Assembly: GCA_964016885.1 (NCBI GenBank)
Contig: OZ024765.1
Location: 21,142,001 to 21,206,000, forward strand
From: Eledone cirrhosa
Lineage: Eukaryota
Direction: 5' to 3'
DNA length: 64,000 nt
Shown: piece after piece, positions 54,228 to 64,000 of the stretch
How positions within the stretch are numbered: the first letter of the stretch is position 1
Layout: each line of letters starts with the position of its first letter
Made by a program: the position numbers and the translations under genes
The notes under the pieces: generated by a model
What the model saw: the letters and a program-made list of their open reading frames with translations, nothing else
What the model was told of the DNA's origin: nothing
Database searches by the model: none

Positions 54228-57200
54228 GCAGTAAAGACCGGCGTTGCTCGGGGTCGCTCAGTAGCTGTGTTAAGGTTACAATGTTAAGTTTCTTTTTTGG
54301 CTTAAAAACTGTAGTGTCTACTGTGCAGACTTGCATGTGGTGTTTTTGATTAATATTCCCTCAACCAACAATATGCCTTATGAAGTTAAGAAACCATAAC
54401 GATAACCCGAATGTTATAACAAAAGAGGATGCTGGGGATAAAAACTGCACTGGTTATTTATTAACAAAGATCGAAAATGTAAACACTGCAACGCAGAGAA
54501 AAACATTAGCGTAACCAAATTATCAGTTATGTCTGTCTGCACGCCTATATCACCTCTCTGCACGACTATCTGTCTGCACGCGTATATCACCTCTCTGCAC
54601 GACTGTCTGTCTGCACGACTCTGTCTGCACGCCTAACGACGAAATATTTGCTTGTTTTACGTAGTCTTTAAATAGACTTGTTTTCAAGTAAAAATATTGT
54701 TTTAAAATGCTTTTAAATGGAAATGAAGCAAAACGGAAGCTTAATGTTCGAACTGATGAATTTTGCAGGTCAATATTTTGCTGGCTCGACAACTGTTCGT
54801 GTATTGTGTTAATGTCATTTTAAACGCTGAGAAAGCCAGCGTAATTTTTTACGTAAGACGCTCAATGTAAACAGAACAAAGGGAAATAACTGATAACTTA
54901 CGCTCAAAAATCGATACATTATATTCGATTTCGTCACATAGGGTGGGTCAATTTAAAATATTTTTTTTCCGATGTCTTCGCTAGGGCTCAATGTACAAGT
55001 ATAGCAATTTCGGTGCAATTCCGTCAAGATTCTAAGAGGAGATGTCTGCCAAAAATCGATAGACAGACAGACAACCACAGCTTTATATATATAGATTACT
55101 AGCAGTAAAGCCCGGCGTTGCTCGGGGTCGCTCAGTAGCTGTGTTAAAGTTACAATGTTAAGTTTCTTTCTTGGCTTAAAAACTGTAGTGTCTACTGTGC
55201 AGACTTGCATGTGGTGTTTTTGATTAATATTCCCTCAACCAACAATATGCCTTATGAAGTTAAGAAAACATAACGATAACCCGAATGTTATAACAAAAGA
55301 GGATGCTGGGGATAGAAACTGCACTGGTTATTTATTAACAAAGATCGAAAATGTAAACACTGCAACGCAGAGAAAAACATTAGCGTAACCAAATTATCAG
55401 TTATGTCTGTCTGCGCGCCTATATCACCTCTCTGCACGACTGTCTGTCTGCACGCCTATATCACCTCTCTGCACGACTGTCTGTCTGCACGCCTATATCA
55501 CCTCTCTGCACGACTGTCTGTCTGCACGCCTATATCACCTCTCTGCACGACTGTCTGTCTGCACGACTGTCTGTCTGCACGCCTAACGACGAAATATTTG
55601 CTTGTTTTACGTAGTCTTTAAATAGACTTGTTTTCAAGTAAAAATATTGTTTTAAAATGCTTTTTAATGGAAATGAAGCAAAACGGAAGCTTAGTGTTCG
55701 AACTGATGAATTTTGCAGGTCAATATTTTGCTGGCTCGACAACTGTTAAAGCCAGCGTAATTTTTTACGTAAGACGCTCAATGTAAACAGAACAAAGGGA
55801 AATAACTGATCACTTACGCTCAAAAATCGATACATTATATTCGATTTCGTCACATAGGGTGGGTCAATTTGAAATATTTTTTTTCCGATGTCTTCGCTAG
55901 GGCTCAATGTACAAGTATAGCAATTTCGGTGCAATTCCGTGAGAGATTCTAAGAGGAGATGTGTGCCAAAAATCGATAGACAGACAGACAACCACAGTTT
56001 TATATATATAGATTAAAAAAATAATGAATAAACAAAGAAACAGTTCCTTATATTAAACAAAAAAAGTTCATTATTTTACGATCGTTTCTAGGACATATAT
56101 GTGTTAGAATTGGACACTACCGTAAACTTTTGGTAGATTTATCTACATATATATATATATATATATTTATATCTGTATTTTTAACCGTTGGTCAGTCTAT
56201 GATAAACATTGAGTGCCAAATAAATTAACTATGGAGATATAAAAGATACAGAAGCGAAAACCAACCAAACAGTGAGTGTGTTCTGTTATTATGTCTGGCA
56301 ATATTACAACACTATGACCCTCCCCAAGTATAACAATATATGTTATTTAAAATCTCCTTCATTTACATATGTCATTTTATAAATGTGGTTTGGATTTTTT
56401 GCCTATTTCTCAGGCATAAGATAGAGTGGTTAATATTGGGATCGGATTGGCTAATATTTAAATCAGATCAGTTAATTTTTGGATCAAAGCGGTTTATATT
56501 TAAGCACATATGGCATTTAAAAAATCTCCTTCAATTAACTGCATCAGTTTATAAACAGGGTTTGGAGTGTTGCCAATTTCTAAGACATTAGATAGAGGGA
56601 TCAGCTTATATTAGGATCAGATTAGCTAATAATTGGTTCAGATCAGCTTATATTGAGATCAAATTGGCTAATATTTAAGTACATATGTTATTTAAAATCT
56701 CCATCATTTACATAAATCAGTTTATAAACATGGTTTGGATTTTTTGCCTATTTCTCAGACATAAAATAGAAGGATCAGCTTATATTGGGATCAGATCGGC
56801 TAATATTTGGATCAGATCAGCTTATTTTGGATCAAATCAGTTAATATTTAAGTGCATATTGCATTTAAAATCTCCATCAATTACCTGCATCAGTTTATAA
56901 ACGAGGTTTTGAGTGTTGCCTATTTCTCAGACATAAGAAGTAGTTGATAGCTTCCGGTACCAAGGTGATCAGATTAGCATGGGAGGGGGGGGGGTTCCGA
57001 GGCTATAGTATCTAGATTAAGGACGGGTTGGAAAAAGTTGAGGGAGCTGCTTCCTCTGTTGACAAAGAAGGGTTTCTCTCTGCGTATGAAAGGCTGGTTA
57101 TATGATGCCCGTGTGAGATGCGTGATGCTGCATGGTAGTGAGACATGGGCAGCAACTGCAGAGGATATGCGACGGCTGGAGAGAAATGAAGCAGGCATGC

Positions 57201-58088
57201 TCCGTTGGATATGCAGTGTCAATGTGCGTGAATGACGAAGCATGGATGTGTTGAGAGAGAAAGTATGTATAAGATGGAAAAGTTGTGGTGTGTGGGAGAG
57301 AAGGCTGAGATGGTATGGACATGTGATGCGCATGGAGGATGACCGCTGGGTAAAGAAGTGCCAGGAAATGCCAGCAGAAGGAAGACCCCGAAAAACATGG
57401 GTGGAGGTGGTGAGAGCAGACCTCAGATCGCTGAAACTCACCGAGGAGATGACGAAGGACCGTGACAAGTGGAGAGATGCTGTGTTGAATAGGACCCGTT
57501 CAACCCTTGCAAGCAGGGAAAAGCGGACATAAAATGATGATGATGATGAAGATAGAGGGATCGGTTTATATTGGGATCGGATCAGCTAATATTCAAATAT
57601 ATATGGCATTTAAAATCTCCATCGAACTCCCAACCTGCCAATCCTAAGTCGAATAAGCTCACCATTAAGACAAGCAGCTTCCAAATTCCATTAGATGAAA
57701 GTTCTACACAATAAAAGACATCGTAAAAGGCGTAATTATTTAAAAGCTCTTTCAATACAATATGGTCGTTTCTTCTTAAAATAGACTCCATGTTAAAACA
57801 TGGCAGACTTTTACACTTCTCTCTCTTTCTTTCTCTTTCTGTCTCTCTCTTTCCTTCTCTGTCTCTCTTCCTTTCTTTCTTTTGTTCTCCCTCTCTTAAT
57901 TTCTCTCTTTCTCTTTCTCTCTTTCTCTTTATTTTTCTTTCCTTCACTCTCTCTCTCCGTCTCTCTCTCTAATTTCTTTCTTCCTCTCTCTCTCTCTTTT
58001 CCTTTTTCTCTCTCTCGTTCTATTTTGCTTTCTTTTTCTTTCCTTCTCTCTCTCTCACCCTCCCCCCGTCCAGTATAAACATTGTTAC
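52490..58088 (-). CDS. Speculative 3' exons of an upstream gene (58059-58088, 57663-57703, 52490-52534)
   Basis: Three GT-AG segments join in frame as (G)NNVYTGRGEELSSNGIWKLLVLMFITLKLDGVTSLLM*; minus-strand AATAAA near 51433. No homology recognised. Confidence 0.28.
52555..53390. repeat. 29-bp minisatellite (~29 copies)
   Basis: Unit ccaaagtgaaacaggtgtaatattcccct; no spacers. Confidence 0.95.
54225..55095 (-). mobile_element. Non-autonomous Helitron, copy 1
   Basis: Minus strand starts TCTATATATATAAAGC and ends with hairpin CCGAGCAACGCCGG about 10 nt before CTAG; internal 37-bp minisatellite. Confidence 0.8.
55099..56012 (-). mobile_element. Non-autonomous Helitron, copy 2 (head-to-tail with copy 1)
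   Basis: Near-identical to copy 1; 5' TC, 3' CCCGAGCAACGCCGGG...CTAG; more 37-bp units and a small deletion. Confidence 0.8.
56335..56938. repeat. Degenerate ~170-bp tandem repeat; related pieces at 53960-54090 and 57550-57640
   Basis: Recurrent atttaaaatctcc...ggtttgga...gcctatttctcagacataa...ggatcag motifs, interrupted by the Helitrons and an RTE. Confidence 0.65.
56980..57550 (+). mobile_element. RTE LINE 3' fragment
   Basis: RELLPLL...MLHGSETW...[10 protein letters not shown]...GRPRKTW; (ATG)n tail. Confidence 0.88.
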
Positions 58089-58140
58089 CTGTGTAGTTAA
58101 CATAAAGAACACATTTTTATTGCAGTTAATGTATATATAT

Positions 58141-61100
58141 CATCATCATCTTCGTTTAACGTCCATCTTCCATGCTAGCATGGGTTAGACGGGAGTTGTC
58201 CCACTTGAGGCAAGGTTGGTCGAACCGTGTCTCACTCATATAGGACTATCTGGCAGGTTTTCTACGGCTGGATGCCCTTCCTAACACCAACCACATTTAC
58301 AGTGTGGAACTGGGAGGTTTTTACTGTGTTACCTACATGGCCACATTACAGCGTGGACTGTGTGTTTCTTTGTTGTGACACCTACACGACCACATTACAG
58401 CGTGGACTGTGTGTTTCTTTGTTGTGACACCTACACGGCCACATTACAGCGTGGACTGTGTGTTTCTTTGTTGTGACATCTACACGGCCACATTACAGCG
58501 TGGACTGTGTTTCTTTGTTGTGACACCTACACGGCCACATTACAGCGTGGACTGTGTGTTTTTTTGTCGTGACACCTACACGGCCACATTACAGCGTGGA
58601 TTGTGTTTTCTGTCGTGACACCTACACGGCCACATTACAGCGTGGACTGTGTGTTTTTTTGTCATGACACCTACACGGCCACATTACAGCGTGCACCGTG
58701 TGTTTCTTTGTTGTGACACCTACACGACCACATTACAGCGTGGACTGTGTGTTTTTTTGTCGTGACACCTACACGGCCACATTACAGCGTGGATTGTGTT
58801 TTCTGTCGTGACACCTACATGGCCACATTACAGCGTGGACTGTGTGTTTTTTTGTCATGACACCTACACGGCCACATTACAGCGTGCACCGTGTGTTTCT
58901 TTGTTGTGACACCTACACGGCCACATTACAGCATGGACTGTGTTTCTTTGTCGTGTCACCTACACAGCCACATTACAGCGTGGACTGTGTTTTTTGTCGT
59001 GACACCTACACGGCCACATTACAGCGTGGACTGTGTGTTTCTTTGTTGTGACACCTACACGGCCACATTACAGCGTGGACTGTGTGTTTCTTTGTCGTAA
59101 CACCTACACGGCCACATTACAGCGTGGACTGTGTGTTTTTTGTCGTGACACCTACACGGCCACATTACAGCGTGGACTGTATTTTTTGTCGTGACACCTA
59201 CACGGCCACATTACAGCGTGGACTGTGTGTTTCTTTGTCGTGACACCTACACGACCACATTACAGCGTGGACTGTGTGTTTCTTTGTCGTGACATCTACA
59301 CGGCCACATTACAGCGTGGACTGAGTGTTTCTTTGTCGTGACACCTACACGGCCACATTACAGCGTGGACTGTGTGTTTCTTTGTTGTGACATCTACACG
59401 GCCACATTACAGCGTGGACTGTGTGTTTCTTTGTCGTGACACCTACACGGCCACATTACAGCGTGGACTGTGTGTTTCTTTGTTGTGACACCTACACGGC
59501 CACATTACAGCGTGGACTGAGTGTTTCTTTGTCGTGACACCTACACGACCACATTACAGCGTGGACTGTGTTTCTTTGTCGTGACACCTACATGGCCACA
59601 TTACAGCGTGGACTGTGTTTCTTTGTCGTGACACCTACACAGCCACATTACAGCGTGGGCTGTGTGTTTTTTGTCGTGACACCCACACGGCCACATTACA
59701 GCGTGGACTGTGTGTTTCTTTGTTGTGACATCTACACGGCCACATTACAGCGTGGACTGTGTGTTTTTTTGTCGTGACACCTACACGGCCACATTACAGC
59801 GTGGACTGTGTTTTTTGTCGTGACACCTACACGACCACATTACAGCATGGACTGTGTGTTTCTTTTGTTAAGACACCTACACGGCCACATTACAGCGTGG
59901 ACTGTGTGTTTTTTGTCGTGACACCTACACGGCCACATTACAGCATGGACTGTGTGTTTCTTTTGTATGACACCTACACGGCCACATTACAGCGTGGACT
60001 GTGTTTTTTGTCGTGACACCTACACGGCCACATTACAGCGTGGACTGTGTGTTTTTTGTCGTGACACCTACACGGCCACATTACAGCATGGACTGTGTGT
60101 TTCTTTTGTTATGACACCTACACGGCCACATTACAGCGTGGACTGTGTGTTTTTTTGTCATGACACCTACACGGCCACATTACAGCGTGGACTGTGTTTT
60201 TTGTCGTGACACCTACACGGCCACATTACAGCGTGGACTGTGTGTTTTTTGTCGTGACACCTACACGGCCACATTACAGCGTGGACTGTGTGTTTCTTTG
60301 TTGTGACACCTACACGGCCACATTACAGCATGGACTGTGTGTTTCTTTGTTGTGACACCTACACGGCCACATTACAGCGTGGACTGTGTGTTTCTTTGTT
60401 GTGACATCTACACGGCCACATTACAGCGTGGACTGTGTGTTTCTTTGTCGTGACACCTACACGGCCACATTACAGCGTGGACTGTGTGTTTCTTTGTTGT
60501 GACATCTACACGGCCACATTACAGCGTGGATTGTGTTTTTTTGTCGTGACACCTACACGGCCACATTACAGCGTGGACTGTGTTTTTTGTCGTGACACCT
60601 ACACGGCCACATTACAGCATGGACTGTGTTTTTTGTCGTGACACCTACACGGCCACATTACAGCGTGGACTGTGTGTTCTTTTGTTGTGACACCTACACG
60701 GCCACATTACAGCGTGGACTGTGTGCTCTTTTGTCGTGACACCTACACGGCCACATTACAGCGTGGACTGTATGTTTTTTTGTCGTGACACCTACACGAC
60801 CACATTACAGCGTGGACTGTGTTTTTTGTCGTGACACCTACACGGCCACATTACAGCATGGACTGTGTTTTTTGTCGTGACACCTACACGGCCACATTAC
60901 AGCGTGGACTGTGTGTTCTTTTGTTGTGACACCTACACGGCTACATTACAGCGTGGACTGTGTGTTTCTTTGTTGTGACACCTACACGACCACATTACAG
61001 CGTGGACTGTGTGTTTTTTTGTCGTGACACCTACACGGCCACATTACAGCGTGGACTGTGTGTTTCTTTGTCGTGACATCTACACGGCCACATTACAGCG

Positions 61101-61436
61101 TGGACTGTGTGTTTCTTTGTTGTGACACCTACACGGCCACATTACAGCGTGGACTGTGTGTTTCTTTGTTGTGACACCTACATGACCACATTACAGCGTG
61201 GACTGTGTGTTTCTTTGTTGTGACACCTACATGACCACATTACAGCGTGGACTGTGTGTTTTTTTGTCATGACACCTACACGATCTCGATCTCATTATCT
61301 CATTTATTTGGACTGGATGTTGTGGTACCAACTTTACAGAGAGAGGGTTGTGTTGGTGGGAGTGGGAGGATAGGGTAGGGGTAGTGGATTGGGGTGTATA
61401 TTTGGTTAAGAGATGCCTACTGACTGTAGGTTTCGC
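58141..61436 (-). mobile_element. RTE 3'-UTR fragment with a ~46-49-bp unit expanded ~60 times (58335-61283)
   Basis: Unit gtgacacctacacggccacattacagcgtggactgtgtgtttctttgtt; both flanks match the reverse complement of 21920-22420, where the unit is low-copy. Confidence 0.88.
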
Positions 61437-61725
61437 TTATATATATGTGTGTGTGTGTGTGTGTGAGTATATATATATGTGTGTGTGTGTGTGAGTATAT
61501 ATATATGTGTGTGTGTGAGTATATATATATGTGTGTGTGTGTGAGTATATATAAGTGTGTGTGTGTGTGTGAGTATATATATATGTGTGTGTGTGTGAGT
61601 ATATATATCTGTGTGTGTGTGTGTGTGAGTATATATATCTGTGTGTGTGTGTGTGAGTATATATATCTGTGTGTGTGTGTGTGTGTGTGAGTATATATAT
61701 ATATACGTGTGTGTGTGTGTGTGAG

Positions 61726-61759
<34 letters not shown>

Positions 61760-62065
61760 AGTATATATATATGTGTGTGCATATATACACATATACATAT
61801 ACATATATATGTGAGTGTGTGAGTATATATACATGTGTTTAGGTATGTGTGTATACATGACTATGTTCTGTGTGTATATATGTGTGTATATCTGTGTGTG
61901 TATATATATGTGTGTATATGTATATATATATGTATATATATGTGTATATATGTGTATATATATGTATATATATATATATATATATATCAAAGGTTGGACA
62001 ATATACACACAGCATATATATATATATTATATATATATATATGTATGTATATACATATGTATATG

Positions 62066-62099
<34 letters not shown>

Positions 62100-62216
62100 C
62101 ATATACATATATATATATGTATATATATATATATATGTGTATGTATATATATATGTATATATATATATACATATATATATGTATATATATATATACATAT
62201 ACATGTACATATATAT

Positions 62217-62251
<35 letters not shown>

Positions 62252-62878
62252 TATACATATACATATATGTATATGCATCTATATCTATATGTATATATAT
62301 ATAAGTTGAAAAAAAATGAAAACGAAAAACGAAATTTCATTTCTCACTCTTAGTATGGCACTTACTTAAATGTAAGTATGTATGTATACGTACATACATA
62401 TATGTATACAGACGTACAGTAGCATGCATATATATATATATATATATATACATACATGCAGGTACACATACATATATGCACGCATCAGTTTAGCAGACGC
62501 TTATTATAGCGCTCGCTTTGTTCGTTTGTTGACAAACGAACAAAGCGAGCGCTATAATAAGCGTCTGCTAAACTGATGCGTGCATATATGTATGTGTACC
62601 TGCATGTATGTATATATATATATATATATATATGCATGCTACTGTACGTCTGTATACATATATGTATGTACGTATACATACATACTTACATTTAAGTAAG
62701 TGCCATACTAAGAGTGAGAAATGAAATTTCGTTTTTCGTTTTCATTTTTTTTCAACTTATCGTTTTCGGTATGCCTGACCGATTTAACTCACTCAATATG
62801 CAAATTAGGCTGCTCAGCCGTTAATTTTCATAAGGAAAGTATATACTTTCGAACGTTCAACTATCTGGCAGATGGGTA

Positions 62879-62923
62879 AACGGTGCTGATGATAGCTAAC
62901 AAGCTTGAAACTAGTACATCGTT
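62879..62923 (+). ncRNA. Type I hammerhead ribozyme, array unit 1
   Basis: aacggtg CTGATGA tagc taacaa gctt GAAA c ta G TA catcgtt; predicted cleavage after A62916. Confidence 0.85.
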
Positions 62924-63348
62924 CCTGTGTCAGTGTTGAACAAAAAGGTGACGTGGTTGCCTTAACACCGTATGGCATAAATTCAGGCTGTTCAGTTTGT
63001 TGACAAACGAACAAAGCGAGCGCTATAATAAGCGTCTGCTAAACTGATGCGTGCATATATGTATGTGTACCTGCATGTATGTATATATATATATATATAT
63101 ATATGCATGCTACTGTACGTCTGTATACATATATGTATGTACGTATACATACATACTTACATTTAAGTAAGTGCCATACTAAGAGTGAGAAATGAAATTT
63201 CGTTTTTCGTTTTCATTTTTTTCAACTTATCGTTTTCGGTATGCCTGACCGATTTAACTCACTCAATATGCAAATTAGGCTGCTCAGCCGTTAATTTTCA
63301 TAAGGAAAGTATATACTTTCGAACGTTCAACTATCTGGCAGATGGGTA

Positions 63349-63393
63349 AACGGTGCTGATGATAGCTAACAAGCTTGAAACTAGTACATCGTT
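63349..63393 (+). ncRNA. Type I hammerhead ribozyme, array unit 2
   Basis: Identical to unit 1, offset 470 bp. Confidence 0.85.
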
Positions 63394-63819
63394 CCTGTGT
63401 CAGTGTTGAACAAAAAGGTGACGTGGTTGCCTTAACACCGTATGGCATAAATTCAGGCTGTTCAGTTTGTTGACAAACGAACAAAGCGAGCGCTATAATA
63501 AGCGTCTGCTAAACTGATGCGTGCATATATGTATGTGTACCTGCATGTATGTATATATATATATATATATATATGCATGCTACTGTACGTCTGTATACAT
63601 ATATGTATGTACGTATACATACATACTTACATTTAAGTAAGTGCCATACTAAGAGTGAGAAATGAAATTTCGTTTTTCGTTTTCATTTTTTTTCAACTTA
63701 TCGTTTTCGGTATGCCTGACCGATTTAACTCACTCAATATGCAAATTAGGCTGCTCAGCCGTTAATTTTCATAAGGAAAGTATATACTTTCGAACGTTCA
63801 ACTATCTGGCAGATGGGTA

Positions 63820-63864
63820 AACGGTGCTGATGATAGCTAACAAGCTTGAAACTAGTACATCGTT
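63820..63864 (+). ncRNA. Type I hammerhead ribozyme, array unit 3
   Basis: Identical to unit 1, offset a further 471 bp. Confidence 0.85.
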
Positions 63865-64000
63865 CCTGTGTCAGTGTTGAACAAAAAGGTGACGTGGTTG
63901 CCTTAACACCGTATGGCATAAATTCAGGCTGTTCAGTTTGTTGACAAACGAACAAAGCGAGCGCTATAATAAGCGTCTGCTAAACTGATGCGTGCATATA

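Larger units (their letters stand above)
62301..64000 (+). mobile_element. Retrozyme-like tandem array (470/471-bp units, at least 3, running off the window) preceded by a 230-bp inverted arm
   Basis: 62301-62529 mirrors 62532-62760. Identical mini-ORFs at 62814, 63284 and 63755 show the period. One HHR per unit; no real coding capacity. Confidence 0.85.

Overview
Eukaryotic, intron-rich, extremely repeat-dense DNA. The (TA)n/(CAC)n microsatellites, RTE LINEs and tRNA-derived SINEs suggest an invertebrate, probably a cephalopod/octopus-type genome (inference). One host gene can be assembled by hand on the minus strand: about 10 GT-AG exons between 42252 and 5355 give an open, phase-consistent frame of about 416 aa encoding signal peptide + ZP-N + ZP-N + ZP-C, a zona-pellucida/egg-coat-type protein whose C-terminus lies left of the window. 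Introns and flanks hold a Tx1/L1-like LINE, RTE LINEs, two SINE families, a tandem non-autonomous Helitron pair, many minisatellites and a Penelope-like element (PLE) with a GIY-YIG domain. The most striking unannotated signal is a set of at least 10 minimal type-I hammerhead ribozyme (HHR) motifs. Most lie in fold-back (inverted-repeat plus tail) elements inserted in (TA)n tracts. At the right end a 470-bp head-to-tail array carries one intact HHR per unit (retrozyme-like, predicted to give circular RNA). A ~70-copy minisatellite made from the ZP gene's own exon end plus 5' splice donor is also notable. Most long ORFs in the track are repeat artefacts.
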